From positions 26,194-90,193 of the forward strand of contig CAYQNV010000081.1 of the NCBI GenBank assembly GCA_964418975.1: 64,000 bases of DNA, read 5' to 3'. Under the pieces are notes generated by a model. It searched no databases. It worked only from the letters and a program-made list of their open reading frames with translations, and was not told the DNA's origin. The translations under genes and the position numbers were made by a program. Shown piece after piece: positions 27,182-36,955 of this stretch; the stretch's first letter is position 1, and each line of letters starts with the position of its first letter. The stretch comes from an uncultured bacterium (GTDB lineage: Bacteria > Eisenbacteria > RBG-16-71-46).

Positions 27182-29434
27182 TCAGCGTTGCCACGCGTAC
27201 GAGACCTTGGCGAATGCCTGCCGTCCGCTCTTCTCGAGCTGGCCGCTCACGTTTGAGAACGCGTTCTGGTCGCCGTAACCGGCGTAGAGCACGGTTTGCC
27301 AGTTGAGCTTGTAGGCGAACAGCCCCGACAGGCTCAGGTCCGCGCTCTTTGGATCCACGATGAACGTGTAGAGCGCGGGGTCGCGCTTGGTCTCGACGTA
27401 CTGGCCGATCAACCGCACGAACGAGCGCGAGTTGAACATGTACGTGCCACGCACGCGCTCGAGCTGCGCGGTGAACAGCCGCCCGGAACCCGCCGCGCCG
27501 GCATCCACGTCGAGCCAGCGAAGCACCGTCGTGGCCCCGATGGCGGTGTGTACATCCGGGCGCCAGGTTCCGGACAGCGACAGATTGGTGCCGCTCCCCT
27601 CACGCCCGTTCGCGAAGTCGATCTCGTCGCCAAACGTGGCCACGAACGACAGGTTGCCGAGCGCACGAGTGGGACTCGCGTCCACCTGGACGCGCGGCCG
27701 GAACCGTTTGAGCATCTGGTCGCCGACGCGGAACTCGTCGCGGTTCAACTCCACCCGCACGAAACTCGCGAACCGGCCGTCGGCCCCGACGCCCACCTGC
27801 ACGTGGCGCGTGAGTGTGGTGCCGTCCTGCTCCTCATCGAGATACGCCTCGGTGAAGTAGCGCACACGGCTGAAGAATCGCTGCTTGGGCCGGGTCGTCC
27901 AGCCGGTCTGACCGTAGTATTCGCGGTATCCCACTTGTGGGATGAATCCGTTATCGGCGCGGAACTCGGGGCCCAGGTCCTGCCCCTGCACGAATAGGTC
28001 GAGCCGGGGAGTGGAGTGACTCCAATTGAGCAGCAGCGCGCGGTCCGAGAGCGTGCGGCCGTCCCACTCCGCGGCGAGATCGGTGCGATCGGGCGTCCGG
28101 CTGTCGCTCCACAGGGCCTGGCCCGTGAACGAGTCGGTGGGCCGAGGGCGCCACTGGAAGTCGGGACCGAAGACGCGATTGTGCGCGCCGCCCTCGATCT
28201 CGCGGAACGTGCTCAACAGGCTCACGAAGGATGGCCCGAAGTCCCGGCGAAGTCGCGTCACGCCGACGTCCGAGCGGAAATCCTGAAAGGCAAAATCCGA
28301 GCCCTCGGAGCCCGGCAGGATGACGACGCCCTGCCCGCGATCGCGCGCGACCAGCGCGGTGAACGCGGTATTGCCGGCGCGGCCGGTGGCCCGCAGGCCG
28401 GCGTCGGGCGCGGTGACCGTGCGCGTGTACACCGCCTGGAACGGCGTGGAGAACAGGTCCACGCCTTCGAGGAAGAAGCTGCGCTTCTCGGGGAAGAACA
28501 GCGCGAAGCGCTCGTTGGCCACGATCTGCGCCGCGTCGGCCTCGACCTGCGAGAAGTCGGGTTTCACGGTGCCATCGATGGCCAGCCCCGACAGCGGGCT
28601 CCACTTCACGTCCAGACCGGTGGTGGATTCGAGGTTGTCGTGCTTGAGCGGCGAGCCGAGTCCGGTGCTGGGGGACGCGGTCTGCTGCGTGGTGGCGAAT
28701 GGCGCCACCACCAGGTGTGAACCTTGCGGCAGTTCGGCGAGGCCGGTGAGCTTACTGGAGTTGCAGATGAAACAGTTCACGTCGCGCGGCATGCGCGCGG
28801 TGAAGAACTGGTAGTGGCGCTCGCGCGGGTAGTTGCGATAGAGCAGGATGCCCCACGTCGGCGCAGGCGTTCGAGAGTAGCGAAGGGACGAGAACGGCAC
28901 GCGGATCTCGAGCGTCCATCCCGACTCGGTGACCTTGCCGGCCGTGTCCCAGTAGAAGTCCGGGGAGTTGTCCTCGCCGCTCACGTCGCTGGAGATAGCG
29001 TCGTACTGGAGGCCGTTCGCGTTGGCCAGGAACATCTGCGCGGTCTTCCCGTCGTTCCGGCTGTCGACGATGATGCCGCCATAGTCGGTGGTCCCGGACA
29101 AGGCGTCATGGTCGCCGAGCGGTGCGCGGATCAGCTTCGGGTTGGGATCGTCGAAGCGGAAACCCGCATAGAGGTACTTGTCGTCGTATGCCAGGTAGGC
29201 CACGTTCTTCACGTGTGGCTCGACGCTGTCGCCGACGCGCGTCTCGTACCACTGCGACACGCCCTCGACGCCCTGCCAGCCGGCATCGGACAGGTCGCCA
29301 TCGATGACGATGGCACCCGCCGCCTTGCCGATGGTGATGGGCGGGCCGGGTTGCGGAGCGGCGGCCCTCGCCGCGGGGGCGAGCATAGCGAGCGCGGCGG
29401 CGACCGCGATCCGGATCATGGAGCGCATGGGCAT
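27182..29434 (-). CDS. Outer-membrane protein with N-terminal CBM9-like carbohydrate-binding domain and DUF5916-like large beta-barrel
   Basis: Signal peptide MPMRSMIRIAVAAALAMLAPAARAAAP. IDGDLSDAGWQGVEGVSQWYE...VAYLAYDDKYLYAGFRFDDPNP (CBM9/DOMON-like). Long Y/F/G-rich C-terminal region ending ...FAKVSYAWQR. Confidence 0.7.
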   Translation of the reverse strand: MPMRSMIRIAVAAALAMLAPAARAAAPQPGPPITIGKAAGAIVIDGDLSDAGWQGVEGVSQWYETRVGDSVEPHVKNVAYLAYDDKYLYAGFRFDDPNPKLIRAPLGDHDALSGTTDYGGIIVDSRNDGKTAQMFLANANGLQYDAISSDVSGEDNSPDFYWDTAGKVTESGWTLEIRVPFSSLRYSRTPAPTWGILLYRNYPRERHYQFFTARMPRDVNCFICNSSKLTGLAELPQGSHLVVAPFATTQQTASPSTGLGSPLKHDNLESTTGLDVKWSPLSGLAIDGTVKPDFSQVEADAAQIVANERFALFFPEKRSFFLEGVDLFSTPFQAVYTRTVTAPDAGLRATGRAGNTAFTALVARDRGQGVVILPGSEGSDFAFQDFRSDVGVTRLRRDFGPSFVSLLSTFREIEGGAHNRVFGPDFQWRPRPTDSFTGQALWSDSRTPDRTDLAAEWDGRTLSDRALLLNWSHSTPRLDLFVQGQDLGPEFRADNGFIPQVGYREYYGQTGWTTRPKQRFFSRVRYFTEAYLDEEQDGTTLTRHVQVGVGADGRFASFVRVELNRDEFRVGDQMLKRFRPRVQVDASPTRALGNLSFVATFGDEIDFANGREGSGTNLSLSGTWRPDVHTAIGATTVLRWLDVDAGAAGSGRLFTAQLERVRGTYMFNSRSFVRLIGQYVETKRDPALYTFIVDPKSADLSLSGLFAYKLNWQTVLYAGYGDQNAFSNVSGQLEKSGRQAFAKVSYAWQR

Positions 29435-29749
29435 CGGTTCCTTGGACGGGCGTATCCAGGCAAAGGTTGGGCCGCGCACGACCGCGGCCACCGCATCCGA
29501 TCGGTTGCCGACAGACTAGTGCGGGTGTCGCGTGCGGCGCGCCCCGTCCGCGCCCACCGATGGCGAGCCGCAGCCGAACGCTGGCGGGCGCGGCACGAAC
29601 GCACCGATCACGGGCGCATGTCGCGACGCGTGCACGATGGCGTCGCACGGTCGCACGCCGACTCGCCGCGTTGGGCGCTCAAGTGTTGCGTGAGCCCAAG
29701 CGTCGCGGCACCCTTCCGGCGAACTCCTCCCCCTCGCCCTGGAGCCACC

Positions 29750-30778
29750 ATGCGCACAATCACCGTCGTCTCGATCATGGCCGCGTGCCAGCTGCTGGTC
29801 CCCGGCTCGCCCGTGGCGGCGCCGGGGAAGCTCAAGCCGCTCGCGCTGTCCGGGACCGTGGTCGTCGTGAACCAGAAGTCCGACAGCATCACGCTCGTGG
29901 ACTTGAAGACGCTCGAGGCCTACGCGCACGTGCCGGTGGTGGGTGGCCCACACGAGGCGGCCGTGTCACCCGACGGGCGATCGGTCGTGGTCACGAACTA
30001 TCACGGGAAAGGGGTGCCCCAGCGGGTGTTGAGCGTGATCGAGCTGCCGAGCGGGCGTCCGCTTCGCACCATCGAGCTCGTGGCCTATCGCATGCCGCAC
30101 GATGTGCGTTGGGTGGATGACACGCGAGTCGTGTGCACGGTCGAGGCGGACAGCGCGCTGCTGGTGGTGAATGTGGTGACCGGCCAGATCGAGCGAGTGT
30201 TCCGCACCGGCAATAGCGGGTCGCACATGCTGGCGCTCTCGACCGACCGCCGGCGGCTCTACTGCTCCAATATGGGTAGCGGCAGCGTGAGCGCGTTCGA
30301 CTTCGCCACGGGCGAGAAACTTGCGGACATCCCGACGGGCCGCGAATGCGAGGGTGTGGGCGTCTCGCCGGACGGACGCTGGGTGTGGGCGGGTAACCGC
30401 GCCGAGGACACCATCTCGATCATCGACACGGATACGCTGCGTGTGGTGCGCCGTCTCGATTCTCCCGGTTTTCCCTATCGCGTTCAGTTCACGGCCGACG
30501 GACGCCAGGTGCTGGTGCCGCACGCGCGCGCCAGTTCGCTCGTGGTGTGCGACGTGGCGGGCCAGCGCATCGTGAAGAGCATTCCGCTCGGGCGCACCAA
30601 GGTCGAGGCGCCGTCCACCGCTGGCGTGTTCCCGCACCCGAGCGGCCGCTATGCATTCGTGACGGTGCGGAACGACGACTCGATGCTGGTACTCGACCTC
30701 GAGCAGGGCGTCACGCTCGCGCGGGTCCCGGTGCAGAGCAGCCCGGACGGCGTGTGCTGGTCACCCGCGCAGCGTTAG
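29750..30778 (+). CDS. YVTN-family seven-bladed beta-propeller (lactonase-like) secreted protein
   Basis: GGAG RBS. Signal peptide MRTITVVSIMAACQLLVPGSPVAA. Repeated VSPDGR/SPDGRWVW/YVTN-like blades (TGEKLADIPTGRECEGVGVSPDGRWVWAGNRAEDTISIID). Confidence 0.8.
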   Translation: MRTITVVSIMAACQLLVPGSPVAAPGKLKPLALSGTVVVVNQKSDSITLVDLKTLEAYAHVPVVGGPHEAAVSPDGRSVVVTNYHGKGVPQRVLSVIELPSGRPLRTIELVAYRMPHDVRWVDDTRVVCTVEADSALLVVNVVTGQIERVFRTGNSGSHMLALSTDRRRLYCSNMGSGSVSAFDFATGEKLADIPTGRECEGVGVSPDGRWVWAGNRAEDTISIIDTDTLRVVRRLDSPGFPYRVQFTADGRQVLVPHARASSLVVCDVAGQRIVKSIPLGRTKVEAPSTAGVFPHPSGRYAFVTVRNDDSMLVLDLEQGVTLARVPVQSSPDGVCWSPAQR

Positions 30779-30781
30779 CCG

Positions 30782-31330
30782 CTAGTTCTCGGCAGGCTCG
30801 GACATGCGCGGCCGCCGCGTGGCCGTCACCCGCCGGCGACGCTTGACCCAGATCGGCAGCCAGAACAGATAGAGCCCGCTCGCCCACATCAGCAGCAACA
30901 CGACGCCCGCGGGCAGGAACAACCATAGCTTCGCGACCGGGTGGAACCAAGAGCCGTCGTGGATGGACTCGATCAGGTCCGAGCGGCGGTAGGCCACCTG
31001 GAGCACCGCCCCCGTCTGGGCATCGAGTTGCACCTCCCAGGAGTTGCGCGTCCACACCTTGACGAGGCCACGTCCCGGCCGCACGTCGATGCGCTGGATG
31101 TCGTCCCAGCTTCGCACTTGGGCCTGCGGCACGCCGCGACACGCTGCGAGCACCTGATCCATGGTCAATGCCGGTGCCGTGCCCGTGCCGCGCTGCTCGG
31201 ACGGCTGCACCCACGCCACCTGCTTCTTGAGTTGCAGCAGGATGCCTGTCGAGAAGATCGCCAGCGCCGGGAGTGCCGCGCCGATCGCGAGCCAGTAGTG
31301 GAGCCTGCGTCCGAAGACCTGGAGCTTCAC
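30782..31330 (-). CDS. PepSY-associated TM helix protein
   Basis: Two TM helices flanking a ~100-aa periplasmic PepSY-like segment. C-terminal YLFWLPIWVKRRRR. 12 nt downstream of the kinase gene on the same strand. Confidence 0.65.
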   Translation of the reverse strand: MKLQVFGRRLHYWLAIGAALPALAIFSTGILLQLKKQVAWVQPSEQRGTGTAPALTMDQVLAACRGVPQAQVRSWDDIQRIDVRPGRGLVKVWTRNSWEVQLDAQTGAVLQVAYRRSDLIESIHDGSWFHPVAKLWLFLPAGVVLLLMWASGLYLFWLPIWVKRRRRVTATRRPRMSEPAEN

Positions 31331-31341
31331 GGGTCGCGTGC

Positions 31342-34062
31342 CTACTTCCGGCTCACGAGGTTTTGGAATCGGGTCACGACTTCGATGTTGCCGGACTGAT
31401 TGCCGCGATTGCCCGAGATCAGCCAGAAGCGCTCGCCTTGCTCATCGCAGCCCCAACTCGACCGCTCGGGCCCGAACGAACTGCTCGGCAGCCGGAACAG
31501 CGCCCGTGGCGTCCCGGCACGAAAGCCGCTGCTCACGTCGATGTCCACCCCCATGACCTGACCCTCGAACGTCTCGAACAACAACTCGCGGCCACCCTTG
31601 GTCCAGCGCGGCATGAAGCCGCGACGGACCGAGATCTGCCATCGCCCGGCCGGACCTTGGAGGCTCTGCACGTAGATCTGGACGGTGGTCGCACTGCGGC
31701 CGACGACCCCCGCCAGCCAGCGGCCGTCTGGCGAGACCTGGGCCTGGACCATCGGTTCGCCGCCCGAGATCAGCGGACGGGGCGCGCGGTCCGATCCCGC
31801 CACCGGGACCTGGGAGCTGCTCGAGAGGTCCGGAGCGTTGTAGACGAGGCGATCCCCCGCCCACTGGAACAGGCTCGCTCCTTCGCGTCCCGGGAGCGCG
31901 ATGGAGTCGGGCGTGCCGAGGCCGTCCACCGAGGCGAGGTGAAGTGTCGTTCGTGACGAGTCGGCCCGCGTGACGTAGGCGAAACGCTCGCCGTCCGGGG
32001 ACCACACCGGCGTGGTCGTCCGATCCTCCGTGAACGTGAGGCGTGTGTCGGTGCCGCGCTGGAGGTCAAGTACGTACGCCTCGCCATCCCGAGCGCCGGT
32101 GCCGCCCTCGCGCTGGTAAAGGAGCCGGCTGCCGTCCGCAGAAGGCCTCGGATTGGAGAGCACGCCGGTGGCGAGCACGTCGCCAACTGGATTGCCGGCG
32201 CGGTCGCCCGCCCGCAACATCCGCATCCCGGCGCCGTTCAGGCGGGCGAACGCGAGCATGCCGGTCTCCGAGGCGGAGAAGTGTCCCTGGGAGGAGCCGA
32301 TGCGCAAGTCGTTCGCGAGGGTGATGGGCTCACCGGTGAGCTTGCCGGCGCCCAGATCGAGCTTCTGGGCGAGCAGCGTGGTGCCGCGCACGAACAATAC
32401 CCAGCCGCCGGGCGCGCATTCCACCCGGCCATCCGACTCCCCGAGCAGCTTTGAATCGAGCGATCCGAGCCTGCCGAGCCGGATGTTGCCTCGGGTGCCC
32501 GAGGGCAGGCTGCCGATGAACAGGAAGTGCTCGCCGTCGGGCAGGAAACACGGCCAGGCGGAACCGATCTCGCCAGCGGCACGGTCGATGCGGCTCGCGG
32601 GACGCAACTGCCCGCCCCCTGCGGGCACCTTCCGTAGGGAGTCCGACTGGGAGCCATCCAGTAGCAACGTCCCCTTTGAGCCCCAGCTCAGGTCGGCGCC
32701 GCCCTCGGCGGCGCCGATCACGACCGGGGAGCCGCCGCCCACCGGGACTCGCTTCAGCTGGCCCTCAGCGACGAATCCCACCTCCTTCCCATCCGGCGAC
32801 CAGTAGGGGCGGGTCAGTCCCTCGGTACCCGGGATCGGGAGGATCTCGGTCTGGTCCATGCGGCGCATGTAGGCACGGCTCGCACCCGTTGAATCCACGC
32901 CCATGAAGACCAGGTAGCGGCCGTCGGGCGAGATCCGCGGCCAGAAGAGATCCTGCACGCCACTCAGGCCGCTGACCTGGAACCTCAGCGACGGCTCGGG
33001 GGCGTTCAAGCGCGTCCATGCCCACGCGGAGACGCCGATCGCTGCGAGAACGCCGACGGCGGCCGCGAGCCACGGAAGCGTCGAGCCGCCCGCGCGGGCG
33101 CGGGCGACCGCAGCCTGAGAAATGCTGCCCGAAGCCACGCTGGTGCTGGAGAGCCCGGCGCCCTCGGCAATGGCTTGCAGGTGCAGTCGCGCGTCGTGAG
33201 CCGTCTGGATGCGCTCGTCGGGATCCTTGGCGAGACAATTACGGATCAGGCGCTCGAGTCCGGCGGGCGGTCCGCCGAAGCCCGACGTGGCGGTCCCCGA
33301 CGGCGCCTCGCCGATGGTGCTGGGATCGCGCTCGAGGATCGCGGCGATGAGGCTGGCCTGGCTGCGACCCTCGAACGCGCGTCGCCCCGTGGCCATCTCG
33401 TAGAGCACGCAGCCGAGCGCCCAGATGTCGCTGCGCGTGTCGGCCTCGCGGCCCTCCAACTGTTCCGGCGCCATGTACTGGAACGTGCCGAGCAGCGTGC
33501 CCTCGGCCGTCAAGGCCTGGGCCACCGTGGGCGACTGGGTGAGTCCCGCGCTCGCCTGCCCTGAACCGCTGTTCGTTCCCGCGATGCCGGTCACGCGCGA
33601 CAGGCCGAAATCCATGAGCTTGGCGCCGTTTCGGGTGATCATGATGTTGCCGGGCTTCAAGTCTCGGTGCACCACGCCCGCTCGGTGCGCGCGATCGAGC
33701 GCGTCCGCCACCTGGGTCGCCAAGCGCAGCAGTTCCGCGGCGGGCAGCGGGCCGCGCTTGAGCCGATCCGCGAGCGTGTCCCCCTCGATCAGCTCCATGA
33801 CCAGGAAGTCGGTGTCGTCCTGCCGCCCCACGTCGAACAGCACGCAGATATTCGGGTGGTTCAGCCCCGACACCGTCTTCGCTTCGCGTTCGAAGCGCGC
33901 GCGCACCTCGGGATTCGCCGAGAGGTGGTGAGGAAGCACCTTCACCGCCACGTCGCGGCCGAGGCGCGTGTCGCGCGCGCGGTACACCTCGCCCATTCCA
34001 CCGGCGCCGAGCGGCGCGGAGATCTCGTAGGGGCCCAGACGGGTACCGGCGGTCAGCGGCAC
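31342..34062 (-). CDS. Ser/Thr protein kinase + TM + TolB-like beta-propeller (paralog of K3/K4)
   Basis: MPLTAGTRLGPYEISAPLGAGGMGEVYRARD, HRDLKPGNIMI, DFGLSR. PD40 repeats ISPDGRYLVFMG, WSPDGKEVGFVAEG, PSADGSRLLYQREG, WSPDGERFAYVTRADS, VSPDGRWLAGVVG. Confidence 0.9.
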   Translation of the reverse strand: MPLTAGTRLGPYEISAPLGAGGMGEVYRARDTRLGRDVAVKVLPHHLSANPEVRARFEREAKTVSGLNHPNICVLFDVGRQDDTDFLVMELIEGDTLADRLKRGPLPAAELLRLATQVADALDRAHRAGVVHRDLKPGNIMITRNGAKLMDFGLSRVTGIAGTNSGSGQASAGLTQSPTVAQALTAEGTLLGTFQYMAPEQLEGREADTRSDIWALGCVLYEMATGRRAFEGRSQASLIAAILERDPSTIGEAPSGTATSGFGGPPAGLERLIRNCLAKDPDERIQTAHDARLHLQAIAEGAGLSSTSVASGSISQAAVARARAGGSTLPWLAAAVGVLAAIGVSAWAWTRLNAPEPSLRFQVSGLSGVQDLFWPRISPDGRYLVFMGVDSTGASRAYMRRMDQTEILPIPGTEGLTRPYWSPDGKEVGFVAEGQLKRVPVGGGSPVVIGAAEGGADLSWGSKGTLLLDGSQSDSLRKVPAGGGQLRPASRIDRAAGEIGSAWPCFLPDGEHFLFIGSLPSGTRGNIRLGRLGSLDSKLLGESDGRVECAPGGWVLFVRGTTLLAQKLDLGAGKLTGEPITLANDLRIGSSQGHFSASETGMLAFARLNGAGMRMLRAGDRAGNPVGDVLATGVLSNPRPSADGSRLLYQREGGTGARDGEAYVLDLQRGTDTRLTFTEDRTTTPVWSPDGERFAYVTRADSSRTTLHLASVDGLGTPDSIALPGREGASLFQWAGDRLVYNAPDLSSSSQVPVAGSDRAPRPLISGGEPMVQAQVSPDGRWLAGVVGRSATTVQIYVQSLQGPAGRWQISVRRGFMPRWTKGGRELLFETFEGQVMGVDIDVSSGFRAGTPRALFRLPSSSFGPERSSWGCDEQGERFWLISGNRGNQSGNIEVVTRFQNLVSRK

Positions 34063-34093
34063 GCGACTTCTCCTGATGGGGGTATCCGAAACG

Positions 34094-35839
34094 TCAGCGG
34101 ATGATCACGGCCTTGGTGCTGCGGGTGTGCCGGCCATCGGTGAGCGTCACAAGATACACTCCCGTCGGGAGACTGCGCCTCTCGTCCAGCTCCACCACAT
34201 GCTCGCCCGGACCCAGCAGCCCCACGTTGCGTGCGACAAGCCGGCGTCCGGCCACGTCGAAGAGCTCGAGCGCGGTGGGGCGCCCCGAGGGGAGCGCGAG
34301 CCGGAGCACGAGGCCCTCCCGCGTGGGATTGGGCCGCGGCGACGACAACGCCAGCTCGCGCGGCGACCGGACCGGGGTGTCCAGCAGCGAGGTTGCGCGG
34401 GCGTCCACCACATAGGCCGACACCTGTCCGGGTTCGCCGCAACGCACCGTGCAGTGATCGCGCCAGTCGCTGGCGAACAGCACGCGCTTGCCGTCGGGCG
34501 AAGGCACGGCATGCGGTTGGGCGAGATAGGTGGACTGCGTGCTGTGGTAGTGCGCGAATCGCTCTACCTGACCGCTCCCGTCCATCTTCACCGCCACCAC
34601 CTCGCCGTGGAAGCGATCGCCGGCGAACAGCAGGTCGCTCGAATACGTCACGTAAAACCAACCCGGGCGCTGCAGACTGCGCGCCGAACCGTGCAAGTAG
34701 GGCGGCTCGTTCTCCGGGTTCGAGAGCGCCGTGACCTGGCCGTCGCGCAGCCGCACCTTTACCACCCGCCCCAGCGTTGCTCCCGGGCAGGCCCGTCCAC
34801 CCATGATCACGTCCTCGTTGTCGTCGAACGGGTCGAGCGCCAGGTCGGCGTGCTTGAGCGGGAAGATCCAGCCATTCGGCCGATGCTGGAACGAACCGCA
34901 GCGAAGCGTGTTGCTGGCCATGTTATGGATCCGGATGGTGAGGCTCGAGTCCACCTCGAAGATGCGGCGCATGTCGCAGAACGTGTCGCACACGGCCATC
35001 CCCTGGCGCACGAGTGTGCGGTACTTCAAGCTGATATAGCGGCCGGACGGGGAGATCGACGCATGTGACACGACACCCGAGTCCGGTTGGGCCACGTCCA
35101 GGCTGCAAGCCGGGATGTCGAACACCGGGCCGATGCGGAGGTGGGGATAAGGCGGAGCGTTAGGAGCCTGCGGGTCCATGTCCACCACCACCATCTGCTG
35201 CTTGCTCTGGATGAGCACGTAGCGGCCATCGTTCGAGACGTTTCCTTCCGCCGAGCCGATGCCGTAGTCCGCCACGAACGGCAACGGCCAGCTACGAGTC
35301 TTGGTGCAGGTCGTCACGTCAAACCACATGAGCTCCGTGCCGTCGGGGTTCACGTTGATCTGTTCGTTCCGGTGGGCCGTGGAGGGATGCCAGCGCCAAT
35401 CGTACCTGTCGTAGTTCTCGCAGGGTGCGTAGCGTGGCTGGTAGGTCTGGCCATTCAGGATCACCGGCGTGAGCCCCGATCCTTTGTTGTCGAGGCTCAG
35501 CAGCAGGCTCGCGGAGTTCCAAGGTTGCTGCTTGGAGTAAACGTGGCGCGTCAATCCGCCCCAGCGCGGACCGAACGGCCCCACGTCCAGGCCCGAATCC
35601 CCCGAGATCCGTACGATGGAAGTGCCGAACGTGGGCTCGCGCATGGGCATGAGGTAGAGCGGTTGGAGCGCGTCGGGAATCTGGAACACCGCCATGGAGT
35701 CGGTGACCACGTCCACGAATCCATCGTAGTGCGCGGCCTCGGACGGGGGGTGGGCGAACAGCGCGAGCACGAGCACGACGGAAGCCATGGCCGTGCCAGC
35801 CCGGGCCCGGTGCACTGGCGGGGTTTCGCGGTGGCTCAT
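34094..35839 (-). CDS. Secreted PD40/TolB-like beta-propeller protein with T9SS-type C-terminal sorting domain
   Basis: Signal region MASVVLVLALFAHPPSEAA. SNDGRYVLIQS, ISPSGRYISL, SPDGKRVLFASDW. C-terminal LSSPRPNPTREGLVLRLALPSGRPTALELFDVAGRRLVARNVGLLGPGEHVVELDERRSLPTGVYLVTLTDGRHTRSTKAVIIR, same CTD family as 26577..27134. Confidence 0.75.
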   Translation of the reverse strand: MSHRETPPVHRARAGTAMASVVLVLALFAHPPSEAAHYDGFVDVVTDSMAVFQIPDALQPLYLMPMREPTFGTSIVRISGDSGLDVGPFGPRWGGLTRHVYSKQQPWNSASLLLSLDNKGSGLTPVILNGQTYQPRYAPCENYDRYDWRWHPSTAHRNEQINVNPDGTELMWFDVTTCTKTRSWPLPFVADYGIGSAEGNVSNDGRYVLIQSKQQMVVVDMDPQAPNAPPYPHLRIGPVFDIPACSLDVAQPDSGVVSHASISPSGRYISLKYRTLVRQGMAVCDTFCDMRRIFEVDSSLTIRIHNMASNTLRCGSFQHRPNGWIFPLKHADLALDPFDDNEDVIMGGRACPGATLGRVVKVRLRDGQVTALSNPENEPPYLHGSARSLQRPGWFYVTYSSDLLFAGDRFHGEVVAVKMDGSGQVERFAHYHSTQSTYLAQPHAVPSPDGKRVLFASDWRDHCTVRCGEPGQVSAYVVDARATSLLDTPVRSPRELALSSPRPNPTREGLVLRLALPSGRPTALELFDVAGRRLVARNVGLLGPGEHVVELDERRSLPTGVYLVTLTDGRHTRSTKAVIIR

Positions 35840-36092
35840 ACGCCGACGTCTCGCCTGCACGCGCGCGCGTTCGGCCACGAGGCATGGGTGACTCGTGTGG
35901 GCATGGAATGGCAAGGGGGATGTCCGGGCGGTGGTACCGGGTTGCCTGAAATGTTATCACCCGAACTTCCGGATGCACGAGGTTTCTCGACAGGCGAGAT
36001 GACCCATCCGACCTGGGGAAAGTATCCTCAGGAGCAAGGGATCAGCAGGACCAAACGGCGGAGCACCCCCACTGGACGCGAACGGAGCAGGT

Positions 36093-36935
36093 ATGGAATT
36101 GGGCCTCTATTCCTTCGGTGATACCACTCCGGAGCCGGGCACGGGCGTCCGGGTCTCCTCAGCCCAACGACTGCGCGACTTGCTCGAGGAGATCGAACTG
36201 GCCGACCAACTGGGGCTGGATGTGTTCGGCGTGGGCGAGCACCACCGCAAGGATTTCGCCGTGTCCGCGCCCGCCGTGGTGCTGGCCGCCGCGGCCGCCC
36301 GCACCACGCGCATCCGACTCACGAGCGCCGTCACCGTGCTCGGCTCGGACGACCCGGTGCGCGTGTTCCAGGCGTTCGCCACGCTGGACCTGCTCTCCGG
36401 CGGCAGAGCCGAGATCATGGTCGGCCGTGGTTCGTTCATCGAGTCCTACGCGCTGTTCGGCTTCGACCTGCGCGACTATGACGAACTGTTCCCCGAACGA
36501 TTCGCCGGGCTGGTCGCGCTCTACCGCGACTCCGCACGCCGCGCTGGGCACGACTCGGTGACGGTGCCCGTGGGCATCAACGCGCACGCGTTCGTGGCCG
36601 GGGATTCGCAGGCGGCAGCGGATGAGTTCTTCCCGCCCTACGCCGAAGCGATGACTCGCATCGGACGGGAGCGCGGCTGGCCTGCCACCACGCGCGAGCA
36701 GTTCGAAGCGCTCCGATCGACGCGTGGCGCCCTGGCGGTGGGTAGCCCGGCGCAGGTGGCCGAGAAGATCCTATTCATGCACGAGATGTTCGGGCACCAG
36801 CGCCACCTGCTGCAGATGAGCGTCGGCACGCTGCCGCACGCCAGCATGATGCGCAGCATCGAACTCTTCGGCACGCGCGTGGCACCCGTGGTGCGTGCCG
36901 AAGTGGCGAAGCGCGCGACTCCCGTGAACGGCTGA
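36093..36935 (+). CDS. LLM-class flavin-dependent oxidoreductase (luciferase-like monooxygenase family)
   Basis: [12 protein letters not shown]...[22 protein letters not shown]...[39 protein letters not shown], typical of the LLM family. Confidence 0.85.
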   Translation: MELGLYSFGDTTPEPGTGVRVSSAQRLRDLLEEIELADQLGLDVFGVGEHHRKDFAVSAPAVVLAAAAARTTRIRLTSAVTVLGSDDPVRVFQAFATLDLLSGGRAEIMVGRGSFIESYALFGFDLRDYDELFPERFAGLVALYRDSARRAGHDSVTVPVGINAHAFVAGDSQAAADEFFPPYAEAMTRIGRERGWPATTREQFEALRSTRGALAVGSPAQVAEKILFMHEMFGHQRHLLQMSVGTLPHASMMRSIELFGTRVAPVVRAEVAKRATPVNG

Positions 36936-36955
36936 AGCGAACGGCGCGGTGCGCC

